Shown piece by piece: positions 43,091-56,123 of a DNA stretch of 64,000 bases (positions within the stretch are counted from its first letter, which is position 1; every line of letters begins with the position of its first letter). The position numbers and the translations under genes were made by a program. The notes under the pieces were generated by a model that made no database searches, had not been told where the DNA came from, and saw only the letters and a list, made by a program, of their open reading frames with translations. The DNA is from Eledone cirrhosa (lineage: Eukaryota), in NCBI GenBank assembly GCA_964016885.1, contig OZ024745.1, positions 71,424,001 through 71,488,000 of the forward strand, given 5' to 3'.

Positions 43091-43177
43091 ACAGAGGTCC
43101 AGCAAAACAGTAATACCATTGTTCTTTCTCTTCTGACTGAGGCTTTTCCAAAAATAATATGTTCGGGGTATACAATA

Positions 43178-43362
43178 ATTGCTTCTACTTTTGGCACAAG
43201 GCCAACAATTATCCCAGTACATTACTGATACTTTATTTTATCGACCCCGTAAGGATGAAACGCAAAGTTAACCTTGGCGAGATTTGAATTCAGAGCGCAA
43301 AGGGCCGTAACTTTATGCTGCAAAGCATGGCGTCCGACCCTCTATCGATAGTGCCAAACCAT
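43178..43362 (-). mobile_element. tRNA-derived SINE, same family as 42787-42978
   Basis: Alignable to 42787-42978. Confidence 0.82.
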
Positions 43363-45320
43363 CACCCTTATATGCAATAATAGTAAAAGTCAGTAATTCG
43401 ATCCGTCATCTTTTCCTTTCGAACGTAACCATTGTGATAAGGGCGTATATGAACCCCTATGTAATATCCAAAATTCAGAATCCAAAGTCCAGGGCATTCT
43501 CACTCCTGCTGGAGGAACCTTTCTCTGGTTGACCTCCACCGCTTCCTATCTCTGGCCACCCTCAGGCCTTTCGCTGCCCTTTAGTTCTTCAGCTTTTCAA
43601 TATTCATAGCTGAAGGGCTTTCCAAATGTTTATTCATAAGCATACTGTATATCATTAGATATACAAAATTTACATACTTATATGTATACAGCTATGATGG
43701 AGCGAAACCTTTAATAAACATATAATATAGTTTCGCTGAGAGTATGTGTCACAGCTACCTCGGAATCGGATTAAGAGAGCTGTTGCAAATTACTTAACAT
43801 TTAACTTATGGGATTAGTAATATGAAAACAAAACTTGTAAATAAACTGATTTACGTGAACTTTTCACTAGATTAGACACTTTTTCTGTAAATGCAGTATA
43901 TGTGAGATATCGTGTAGATCAAAATATAGACGTGATGGAGCAAAACGGATTTCATATTCATAAAGATCACCCTAAAAGTAACTAATATCACCTAAAGTAG
44001 TGTTTACTAAAACATAAATCTCATGAAGTGTTGCCTCTCACTTTCCCACTGTGACTTTATTGTTATAAATCTATCGCTCTGCTTCTGTTTTCCTCTGTGA
44101 ATTTATATTATATTTCTCCCTTTCGCTTAAAATTTAAAAGTTGTGACTTTACTTACAAAAGAAAAAGAATAATCTTAGAGATTGAGACGATACGATAAAG
44201 TTAAGATGTACGTCTAAAGTTAAAAACTCTTGCTTTTTAACATCATTTTCCTTATCTTTTTATAAATCTTTTGTATAAATTGTTCTAAGAAAAGATAATA
44301 GAAAAATACATAGCAATCATTTTTCCCTCTCCTTTCTTAGCAAAGAAGATTTGAATGGACTAATTAACTGATGAGAAGAAAGCTTTATTTTATCTGATGC
44401 TGAAATCAAGACAGAAAGAGTTAAAAACTATTCCTTCGCCTTCATAGTTCTCGATATTTCGTCATTAAAACTAATCTTATGTTTCTTTCTTTTTTATTCT
44501 TCGTGAAAATAAGTTATCATTATATAAAATAGAACTTTTTTGACATAGCTCCAAATGATGGAATCTTTGTCTTCGATCCAACAAAGCTTAATTAGTAGCT
44601 GGAAGAAGATTATGGGCAACTATAATTATTCTTTAATTATTCATAAGCAAATGTCAAGCACAATAATTCACTGCCTGACACTATGCTAATAATTGCCAAG
44701 TAGAATGCTTGCTGTAATAAACGTTTGGCAAAACAGACCATGCAATATGATCTTTTCAAAGCAAGTGGCATATTTTTAATTATATTCGACATCTGTTGAT
44801 ATTGGTAAACTCAGAAAATCGTTCAAGTAATAAATATTTCCATTCTAAAGAAACTTCTATAACATAATTATTTCTACAAACAAATAAATGTATAAATAAA
44901 CAAAAAATAACTTTCTCAAAAGCTACAACAATTTCTCTCAAACTTGTATTGGTTCGTGTAATGATTAGGGAACTGGAAACTATTTATCAGTGACCTCTAT
45001 ACATCAGCTATCCTTCTCTAGTGGTAAGAAACTCTTAGAAGAGCTGGACAGCAGAAGGTCTTCAGAAAAGAACCACCCACCCTCAAACGAGTGATTCGGC
45101 CCTTAACTACCCCTATCGATAAAATGTTCCTATCTATAAACCATCCCTATCTATAAACTATAAACTCACCCTATCTGTAAACTACCCATATCTAACAGAT
45201 ATAGTTAACTGTAAATTACCCTATGTCGTGAACAGCCGAGGAAATCTCTATGCAGTTTCTTAACATGCTAAAAATCGCAACAAAGTCTCCCTAAAAATCA
45301 TTCATATATATATATATATT

Positions 45321-45416
<96 letters not shown>

Positions 45417-45823
45417 TATATATACATATATATATTATATATAGAGTTATAAACTCAAACAGTCTTTTACAATTAAATAGCTCAAAGAAAGAGATATTTC
45501 TGAGCCGTGTAATACAAATGAATATATTTTTCAATCTAGCTAACTTGGTCACTTGCAATACAAACACTTATATACTTGTATTAGTGTTTATCCATATATT
45601 TATTTGTATATACATATATATATATTTTTTTTTTTTTTTAAAACGATGAAATTTCGTTTATATGTATTAGATTGTTATTGTGTATCGACCTGTTACAGGC
45701 GTTTTGCAGAGGATTGACTCAGGGTCACCAATAGGAGTTATGGGCCCGACTCCATTATCTATCTGCTCTCCAGGCTGGCTATGTGATAACAAATTGTGTT
45801 TGTTGTGATTTCTGAATCACCTA

Positions 45824-46003
<180 letters not shown>

Positions 46004-46004
46004 T

Positions 46005-46037
<33 letters not shown>

Positions 46038-46545
46038 TTATATTTTTATATATATATATATATATAAATTTTTTCTCTAGAAGGAATTTCATATGAAACT
46101 TTATATATTTTTTAGGGAAACTTTATATTTTTATTTTTTATTTTATTAGCCTCTTAATTTCTTCTAGTCTAGTAGGTTTATTGGAGCCTGTAAGCTTTAT
46201 GCACTTATTGAGGGATTTTCTAAGGTGCTTCTACGGGACCCCAAGTCTTTTAGTTTACTGTTAATGCGTAAATTATATATTATCTAATTTTTAAACTTCA
46301 ATCCCTGACCCCGACAACTAATATAAAAGAGCCCCCTTAGAATATAGACCCCAACTATACAAGCGGGGTTGCTGATGTATACCACAATTTCAAACTGCTA
46401 GCCTTGAGTGATACGTTGATGTAAATAATGATCTTACAATCACATGTTATATGCCTTGAAAAGTCCCACCATGTGGTCGGACGAAACGGCTGTCGGCAAT
46501 AAACTTGTTATAATGTCATAATAGTTCCTTTGTTCTTTTTCACTA

Positions 46546-46576
<31 letters not shown>

Positions 46577-46964
46577 CGTCGATGTGTAGTTGCATCTATT
46601 GTATGTGTGTGCGAGTGATTTCGCATGTGTGGTTGTATATATATATGTGGTTGCAAGTGTGTGTATACAAGTACTCCCCAACTAAGGATTGAGTTCTGTT
46701 CCAACCAACTGGTCGTACGTAGATATCGATGTATTTTCAAAGTCCTATATGTATGACCTGGGGTAGATTTTATATACATTACTCATTTGTACTGAGAGAC
46801 ATGGCTAAAGATGATGGAGAAGGAAATGAAAGCCAGGAGGTGGTAAGGAGTGGTAAGAGTAGCTGATAGGAAAAAATGGAAAAGCTTGTCATGTGACCCT
46901 GCAAGACTAATTCTTGCTTTAGCAGGGATACTTATTTTTGTTGTTGTTATACAGCTACATATCT

Positions 46965-49114
46965 TTCAGCACACCAATATACCACCATGAGGTTCCCTCT
47001 ATTTAACTGCTATTTCTAGCACACATGTGGACCATCATGATGTCCCCCCCCCCTATTTAGCTGCTGATTCTAACACACAAAACTACCACCATGATTTTCC
47101 CTTATTTAGCTGCAGATTCTAACACACAAATGGACCATCATGATGTTCCCCTATTTAGCTGCTATTTCTAGCACACCTTTGGACCACCACGAAGTTCCTC
47201 CTGTTTCGCTGCTATTTCTAGCAAACCAATCGACCACCATGATGTTCCTTCTATTTAGCTACTTTTTCTAGCACACCTATGGACATCAGGTTCCCTCTAT
47301 TTAGCTGCTATTTCTAGCAAACCTATGGATCATATTGGGTTACACTCTATTTAGCTGCTATTTCTAGCACAGCTATGGACCACCATGAGGTTCCCTCTAT
47401 TTAGCTGCTTTTTCTAGCAAACCTATGGAGCACCAGGATGTCCCCCTATTTAGCTGCCTTTTGTAGCACACAAATGGACCACCGTGAGGTTACCCCTATT
47501 TACCTGCTATTTGTAACACACCTATGGATCACTGTGAGGTACCTTCTATGTAGCTGCTATATCACCACATATTTGGACCACCACCAGGTCCCACCTGTTT
47601 AGCTGCTATTTCTAGCACAGCTATGGACTACCATGAGGTTCCCTTTACTTAGCTTTTATTTCAAGCACACGTATGGACCTCCATAAGGTTCCCTCTATTT
47701 AGCTGCTATTTCTAGCGCACCAATGGACCACTATGAGGTTCCCCTATTTAGCTGCTATTTCTAGCACACCTATGGACCACCATGAAGTTCGCTCTATGTA
47801 GATACTATTTCAAACAAACCTGAGGACCACTATGAGTTTCCCCCTTTTTAGCCGCTATTTCTAGCACACCTATAAACCACTATGAGGTTGCTCCTATTTA
47901 GCTGCTATTTCTAGTACACCTTTGAACCACTATGAGGTTCCTCCTATATAGCTACTATTTCTAGCACATCTTTGGACCACCATGAGGTTTCTTCTATTTA
48001 GCTGCTATTTCTAACATACCTATGGATCACCATGAGGTTCCCGTATTTCGCTGCTATTTCTAGCACATCTAAGGACCACTATGAGGTTCCCCCAATTGTT
48101 GCTACGTTTTCTAGCACACCTATGGACCACCATGAGGTTCCTTCTACATAGCTGCTATTTCTTGCACACTAATGGACCTTTATCAGGTTTCCCTATTTAG
48201 CTGCTATTTCTAGCACACATATGGACCACCATGAGGTTCGCTCTGTGTAGCTTCTATTTCTAGCACACCTATCGACCACCATGAGATTCCCTTTACAATG
48301 GACCACTATGAGGTTCCCCTATTTAGCTGCTATTTCTAGCACATCTAAGGCCCTCTGTGACGTTCTCGCAGTTTAGCTACTATTTCAACCACACCAATGG
48401 ACCACCATTAGGTTCGCTCTATGAAGATGCTATTTGGACCACCATCAGGTGGCCCTTATTTAGCTGCTATTTCTAGCACAGCTATGGACCACCATGAGGT
48501 TCCCTTTAAGTTAGCTGTTATTTCAAGCACACCTGTGGACCTCCATGAAAGTTCCCTCTATTTAGGTGCTATGTCTAGCGCACCAATGGACCATTATGAG
48601 GTTCCCCGATTTAGCTGCTATTTCTAGCACACCTATCGACCACCATGAGGTTCGCTCTATATAGCTGCTATTTCTAGCACACCTATCGACCACCATGAGG
48701 TTCTCGCAGTTTAGCTACTCTTTGAAGCACACCAACGGACTATTGCAATTTATAGCAAACCTGTGGACCACTATCAGTTTCCCCCTTTTTAGCTGCTATT
48801 TCTAGCACACCTATGGATCACCATGAGGTTCCCCCTATTTAGCTGCTATTTGTAACACACCTATGGACCACCGTGAGGTTCCCTCTATTTAGCTGCTTTT
48901 TCTAGCACACCTGTGGACTACTATGAGTTTTCCCTTTTTAGCTGCTATTTCTTGAACACCTTTGGACCACCATCAGGTTCCTCCTATTTAGCTGATATTT
49001 CTAGCAAAGCTATGGAGCACCATGATGTACCCCTATTTAGCTGCTGTTTCTAGCACACAAATGGACCACCATGAGATTACCCCTATTCAGCTGCTATTTG
49101 TAACACACCTATGG
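46965..49114. repeat. Minisatellite with a 49-50-bp unit, roughly 40 copies
   Basis: Consensus ggaccaccatgaggttccctctatttagctgctatttctagcacacctat repeated head-to-tail. Confidence 0.95.
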
Positions 49115-49115
49115 A

Positions 49116-49405
49116 TTTGGTTTGCAAATGGAAGGTTGTGAGTTCGATTCTCGCTCCGGATGATGCGTTGTGTCCTTGAGCAAGACACTTTATTTCACGT
49201 TGCTCCAGTTTACTCAGCTGTAGAAATGAGTAGCGACGTCACTTGTGCCAAACTGTATCGGCCATTGCCTTTCCCTTGGACATCATCTGTGGCGTGAAGA
49301 GGTGTGGCTGGTCTTCCACAAACACCCTTACCCGGGCTTGTGCCTCGGAGGGAAACTTTCTAGGTGTTAAATATCCCATGGTCATTCGTGAGCGAAGGGG
49401 GTTTT
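49116..49405 (+). mobile_element. tRNA-derived SINE with CORE-like motif
   Basis: B-box gagttcgattct and ttgtgtccttgagcaagacactttatttcacgttgctccag. Confidence 0.8.
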
Positions 49406-49858
49406 AAATTTCAAGCACACCTTAAATTAACTCTTTAAAGTAAATAATACATTTTACAAGTATGTTCGTTCAGGCATCTACTTCCAATATAAATCAGTTT
49501 CGTTCACGTTGAGATTTTTTTCTGCTTAATATTACTTTCCAATGATTAAATTATCTGAAGTTTCAATAAAATTTTCAGCTGCTATTACATCGGCACTCGC
49601 TTCTTTTCTTGTTTTATGTAGATTATTTCATTTTATTTGTTTGTAGTTTATGTTTTTCTTTGTTTTTAAGCAATTAAACCATCCAAGTTTTCCATATATT
49701 CCTCTCTTATTCGTTCCAACAAAGTTTTTTAAATACTTCGATCCTTTGTTTAAATATTTTGTAGATTTACTGGTATGCGTTTTTCCAACCAGTCTAAAGA
49801 AAAAAATAATGAGTAGCTTACTCGATCTATCAACTATTAATTATAGTAATATACTCTA

Positions 49859-51057
49859 CTAGCAGTAAAGCCCGGCGTTGCTCGGGGTCGCTCAGTAGCT
49901 GTGTTAAAGTTACAATGTTAAGTTTCTTTTTTGGCTTAAAAACTGTAGTGTCTACTGTGCAGACTTGCATGTGGTGTTTTTGATTAATATTCCCTCAACC
50001 AACAATATGCCTTATGAAGTTAAGAAAACATAACGATAACCCGAATTAAAGTAAATTCAGCCTTATAAGACCGTAAAATTAATTTAAACGTTTAATAGGG
50101 AAAGTTTGCTAACCGTCGTAATAAAAAAATAAATATCAATAACTTACGAAGTAATGAACTCGCCGAACTTTTAAAGCGTTGTAGCATACAAAGGCAGTAC
50201 AGTGCAAATGAAGCTATTAAACAAACTGGAGATTCCAATTCACTCTACTAAAGATTTACTTAATCGTCTGCACATTCGCTAATCGTCTGCTCATTCCATA
50301 AAAGGGAAATAATCGCCTATATCACCTCTCTGCATGACTGTCTGTCTGCACGCCTATATCACCTCTCTGCATGACTGTCTGTCTGCACGCCTATATCACC
50401 TCTCTGCACGACTGACTGTCTGTCTACACGCGTATATCACCTCTCTGCACGACTGTCTGTACGACTATCTGTCTGCACGCCTAACGAAATTTACAGATAC
50501 ATATATTTTAAATAAACTTATATAATTTTTGCTTTTTTTTACGAAATATTTGCTTGTTTTACGTAGTCTTTAAATAGACTTGTTTTCAAGTAAAAATATT
50601 GTTTTAAAAGGCTTTTAAATGGAAATGAAGCAAAACGGAAGCTTAGTGTTCGAACTGATGAATTTTGCAGGTCAAAATTTTGCTGGCTCGACAACTGTTC
50701 GTGTATTGTGTTAATGTCATTTTAAACGCTGAGAAAGCCAGCGTAATTTTTTTAATTTTTACCAGCGTAATTTTTTTAATTTTTGCACGCAGAAAATGTA
50801 AACAGAACGTAAGACGCTACGCTGAATGTAAACAGAACAAAGGGAAATAACTGATCACTTACGCTCAAAAATCGATACATTATATTCGATTTCGTCAGAT
50901 AGGGCGGGTCAATTTGAAATATTTTTTTTCCGATGTCTTCGCTAGGGCTCAATGTACAAGTATAGCAATTTCGGTGCAATTCCGTGAGAGATTCTAAGAG
51001 GAGATGTGTGCCAAAAATCGATAGACAGACAGACAACCTCAGTTTTATATATATAGA
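49859..51057 (-). mobile_element. Non-autonomous Helitron (~1.2 kb)
   Basis: Minus strand reads A|TCTATATATATAAAA...GTCTGTCTGTC at the 5' end and hairpin CCCG-AGCAACGC-CGGG then CTAG|T at the 3' end. No TSD. Internal ~37-bp tandem repeat at 50314-50480. Confidence 0.85.
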
Positions 51058-51173
51058 TTATCATGGTCATATATGTTGCGATGTACACCTGTCAAATTTC
51101 AGAATTTCCCAATGCTCCCTACGTTAACCGCTTTGTTTACACACACAAATATGTATGTATCTATGTGTGTGTG

Positions 51174-51279
<106 letters not shown>

Positions 51280-51319
51280 AATATAATTTCAGCGAGATCG
51301 TATTTCGGCGGGGGCCAAA

Positions 51320-51401
<82 letters not shown>

Positions 51402-51404
<3 letters not shown>

Positions 51405-52792
51405 TGGCGTAGCTAGGGTAAACGGCGCCCAGGGCAAGCATCAAAATTTCAAGAAACTCGTGGATTAAGGATGTTCCTTGTTCTTTAAAATAAAGTTGAA
51501 GGGCTCCTATATCAGCTGCAGCATCGTGAAAATTCATTCTTGGATCATGAAGTCTCTTTTGAACCTGGTCAATTCGTGAGAGAATCGTGTTCCAGAATCC
51601 AATCAAGTTCAGGAATTCATAACTCAGTATCCGATTATGGAGGTTACTGGCATCACTTCTACTCTCGCATGTCTCTGTTTCATCATCACAAATTGTTTCG
51701 AGAACTTGAACAATCAGCGTCAAATAATTCGCCACCGGTCTGACTGCGGTACATCTAACACCCCACCGCGTGTCGGAAGGATATTTAACAACCACTGGAG
51801 CAACTTCTTTAAGGGCTTCCCATCGTCGTGTTGAACGAGAAAAAAAGTTGTATAACGAGTCAATGCAACTGAAAAAATTCATCATAGCAGAATCGTTTTT
51901 GGCTGCATGAAGACCAGCCAGATTAAGTGAATGGTTATCGCAATTAACGGAGTGAATCAAATTATTATTCTCTCTCATTCTCTGCTGAACCCCACTGCAG
52001 TGCCCAGCCATTATGGCAGCATTGTCGTAGCACTGCGATCGACAGTTCTGCAGTGGTAGGTCATCTTTTTCTAGCTCTTTCACGATTGTTTCAACAAGGC
52101 TTGCGGCATCTTTTTTAATTACTTGAATGAATCCAAGAAAAGATTCCCTCACAATCACCGTCTTCATATTGAAATCAACATCGACATATCGCACAACTTC
52201 TGACAGTTGTTCTCGGTGCGCCTGGTCAGAGGTCGAATCAATCAGCAGACCATAGTATCTTGCTTTTTGGATACGATTTAGTAAATTCTGACGAACTGTA
52301 TTATAGAAGAAAACATTGAACCATCTAAACTGGAGTCAAATTGAATTCCTAATAGAAGCTATCCAATCCTATCTGGCCATTTGGATTATGATATCTTTGC
52401 TATACGTCTTATGACCAGTTGTAAAAGACAAACTACTCTGTTTTGTAAACTAGCTTCATAATTATAATTATCTTGTATTGGTCATTGCAATGCATTGCTA
52501 AAAATAGCGGCTGCGTGTCCACCAGTTGCACGTCCAAAACTACGTCCCTTCAGTCAGTGGGGGGGGGGGGGGGGGCGGTTTTGTGAGGTCAAATCAGACA
52601 TCTGCTCTGTCTAGTGCACTAGACATGGCGTGGAAGTCGGCTATCAAGAAATCACATGCTTCATTTTTGGCTTATATTTTTTTAAATGATAAAAACGACA
52701 TGGATGTAAATCGATCTAGGTCGAAATTGCGCCCCCCTAAATATGGCGCCCGTGGCATGTGCCCTGCTTGCCACACCCTAGCTACGCCACTG
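51402..52792 (-). mobile_element. Internally deleted hAT DNA transposon
   Basis: Perfect 18-bp TIRs cagtggcgtagctagggt and accctagctacgccactg. Carries a transposase fragment. Confidence 0.9.
51440..52300 (-). pseudogene. hAT transposase fragment (Tip100/ZMYM-like)
   Basis: YYGLLIDSTSD..HREQLS.VVRYVD, SQCYDNAAIM, CDNHSLNL (CxxH) and TRW motifs. Lacks both the N- and C-termini. Confidence 0.88.
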
Positions 52793-53078
52793 CATTTATA
52801 TCTAGGGAGTGTAACTTGGAGTTACTGTAGGTTCATCCGGGTGAGCACTCGATGTTTAGGTTCACTTCTCTGTCCTGATTGACCAACATATGAACTTCTG
52901 ACGTTATCATATAGCATGTATTCATTTTCTACTAGCATTTTAAGGGGTCCGTCGAGCTGCAGATTACAGAGTCGGGTAAAATCGATACAGATCGAACCTT
53001 GAGCTGATCAGTGGCAAAACGCGCGTCACCAACCAATAAATGTAATGAAGGAGTAACCAATCGTCCATGTTATCTTTT

Positions 53079-53155
<77 letters not shown>

Positions 53156-53174
53156 TTCATTTATATATACATAC

Positions 53175-53207
<33 letters not shown>

Positions 53208-53524
53208 CATATATACATATATATATATATACATATATATACATTTTTGCATATATACATATATATGAAAATACATATATATACATATATATACATATAT
53301 ATGTGTATGTATATAATTATATACATATATATAAATATTATGTGTGTGTTTGTGTGTGTGTGTGTTTTAACATTACTCTGTATTTCTTATGACTTGGTCT
53401 TTACTAAGGCATATTTATATAACCAAAACATATGGGAAGAATTCCAAATATTTGCTGGCAAAAACCTATATATTGCAGAAGGGGAGGTGTTAGTTATTGT
53501 TTAGCCCCAGGTTAACCCCAGGTC

Positions 53525-53561
<37 letters not shown>

Positions 53562-53629
53562 TCTGTCAACTAGAAGTTATAGCGTGTTGGTCGGTAGATA
53601 TCTAACCACCGTCTTAACGTCCTGACATA

Positions 53630-53728
53630 TCCTGGCACGTGTGCACTCTGTTGGATTTACCAGGCTCAAATCATCCTGAACGTCGAACAGCTCTTATCTG
53701 TAAACAGTTTGATCAGTATCAGCTAGGT
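53630..53728 (+). mobile_element. RTE-clade endonuclease N-terminal fragment
   Basis: WHVCTLLDLPGSNHPERRTALICKQF resembles WNVRTLLD...RPERRTAL. Confidence 0.65.
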
Positions 53729-53766
53729 ACTATGTATGCGTATGTATGCGTGTGTATGTATGTATG

Positions 53767-54208
53767 TTCTTCTGGTTTTATAATTTCACAAAATTTTTTC
53801 CCAATAAAGAGAGTCGGTTTCTAACATAGACACAAGACTCTCTCGTTGGAATTTACACATGAACTAGGTAAAGTATGTATGCATGCATGTGTAGATATGG
53901 ATCTTATTGTATGTGTGGATGTGGATGTTTTGAGTTGCATGTGTGCATGTGTATATGCTTTGCATCTGTATATGTGTATATGCAGTTATTAAATGCAAAA
54001 TTTTTGGAATGTTTTACATATTTTTACATTAATGGATTGTACTTGTAATTTCCTAACTAGTTCTGTTCTTTCTGTTCCTGTGAAGCCTAGCTTCTCAAGA
54101 TTTGTATTGAGGCAGTTACTAACATATCCCAGTGCCCCAATAATCACAGGCATAAATTTGAAGGTGTAATCAGGGTGGAGTATCTGCAGATTTCTCATCA
54201 GTTCTGCA
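53767..54208 (-). mobile_element. R4/Dong-clade retrotransposon, heavily 5'-truncated (copy B)
   Basis: AELMRNLQILHPDYTFKFMPVIIGALG plus the 3' UTR. (TATG)n on both sides. Confidence 0.9.
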
Positions 54209-54471
54209 GTATGTATGTATGTTGTCGCAACACCTTTCTTAGAGAGGAAAACTCTGAAAAAAAAACCTGCGGCTTCGGAAACATCCGATGATGTTGACAA
54301 GTTCCCCTTTTCTGGTAGTGTTTTCGATGCTCAGAGAGTTAGATTGGTCGAGTGCAATGCCTTTTCCCACTTAAAAAAACCTCCAAAGCACAGGCATTGC
54401 TTGTTCAGGATCTGTTACAAGCGATTGCAATACTCTTAGCAGAGTCTGCAGCCATCATGTATGTATGTATG

Positions 54472-55573
54472 TTCTTCTGGTTTTATGACTTTATGAATTT
54501 TTGCCAATAGAGAAAGAGAATGGATTTCTAACATAGACTCAAAACTCTTTCATTGGAATTTAGACATCAACTTGGTAGATATGTATACATTCTGCATGTA
54601 TGTGCAGGTATGGATGTTATTGTATGTGTGGATGTGGATGTTTTGAGTTATATGTGTACATGTGCATATGTTTTGTATCTGTACAGTGTATATGCAGTTA
54701 TTGCATGCAGAATTCCATTAATGGATTGTACTTGTAATTTCCTCACGAGCCCAGCTTCTCAAGATCTGTACAGAGGCAGTTACTAACATATCCCAGTGCC
54801 CCAATAATCACAGGTATAAATCTGAAGGTATAGTCAGGGTGGAGTATCTGCAGATTTCTCATTAGTTCTGCATAGATATTCTCCTTTTCGCTTATCTTTA
54901 ATATTATATTGGCATCTGCTGGACAGCTGACTTCCACTACTGTACATGTCTTCTTTTCTCTGTCCCATATTATTATATCTGGTCTGTTATGCTTGCATTT
55001 TATTGAGGTTTCGACCCTTGCGCCCATTAAATGAAATCATTTTATTGGGGTTTTGACTGGAACATTCCACTAGTACTCTTTCATAGAGGAACGATCGACT
55101 TTCGTCAAATCGGACCGAGGGAACAATGTTTCCGTTGGTCTTTCCAATTGCTAATACTATCTATCGGTCGCAACTCCAGGTAGAAGGAGCAACGTGAAAT
55201 AAAGTGTCTTGCTCAAGGACATAACGCATCACCTGGTCCAGGAATCGAACTCACAACCTTACGATTGCGAATCCAATTCTCTAACCACTCAGCCACACGT
55301 CTTCAACTCTTTCATATTATGGATGTATATGTCTTCCATATTGTTGTAACTTTTACTGTGTTTATTGTCGGGGATATCTTTTCTACGGATTGCATTGTAC
55401 AGTGATTTGGCCACTGCATCATGCCTCGTAGGTAAATAGTATCGTCATGATATCATTGGACAGCCGCTTATGACATGGGTGACATCTTCGATGTTAATTC
55501 TGCAGTCTGCATTTGTTGTCACATCTAGGTGTTTTGCCTGCAGCCCTATCTCTTTCGTGAATCAGGTATTTTG
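54472..55573 (-). mobile_element. R4/Dong-clade retrotransposon, 5'-truncated and degenerate (copy C)
   Basis: RLE motifs (ORF 54743-55027) and the same 3' end as other copies. (TATG)n on both sides. Interrupted by a SINE and a 32-bp insert. Confidence 0.9.
55086..55305 (-). mobile_element. SINE inserted in copy C with an 11-bp TSD
   Basis: TSD actctttcata at 55075-55085 and 55306-55316. Paralog near 39160-39360. Confidence 0.88.
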
Positions 55574-55590
55574 TATGTATGTATGTATGT

Positions 55591-56100
55591 CAGGTCGCTA
55601 TTCAACGCTTCTGATAACATGTAACCCAATACAGCCTGTGCATGGGTGAGCGTCGACGACTAAACTGGCAACCCAACTAAGCTTGCTTAGTGAGGAGGGT
55701 GATTTTGGACACCCTGCGGGATGAAAAACAGAATCCATCAAAGAGTGGAGGAACGCAGAAGAGTCAACGACCATCCAATAAAGTTTTTTTAGAGGGATAG
55801 TGGAGTGAGGAGGTCCCTATTCTTCATAAAGACATGTCTCTAGGAGAAGGTCACACTGATATAAAACCTGCGACTTCGTTTGCATCCAATAGTGTAAGTC
55901 AGTTCTACATTTTGAATAAATGCATTCGATGTTCAGAGATTGGGATGGGCCCCGTGCAAAGCCTTTCCTCTCATAAAAAAGCTTCAAGTACAGGCATCGC
56001 TTTTTATATGACATTTTTTGAGATGCATGGCATTTCTGGCCATAGACAAGTCCCGAACATGACTAAAAAGCCACGTCAGTAATGCTCATGTTTAAGTATC
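55591..56100 (+). mobile_element. Interspersed repeat, probable 5' region of an RTE-like LINE
   Basis: Paralogous to 12160-12325. Motif ggagaaggtcacactga resembles RTE 5' leader sequence. Confidence 0.5.
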
Positions 56101-56123
56101 AGGCGTACGTACGTATGTATGTA

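Noticed and set aside
46965-49114. Possible CRISPR array or repeat-protein gene (ORF 48421-48627)
   Set aside because: Units are head-to-tail with no unique spacers, there are no cas genes, the context is eukaryotic, and the 49-50-bp unit does not keep a reading frame.
51289-52194. 301-aa ORF as an intact domesticated ZMYM/hAT gene
   Set aside because: It is bounded by TIRs, lacks both termini, and reads through the TIR into (TA)n.
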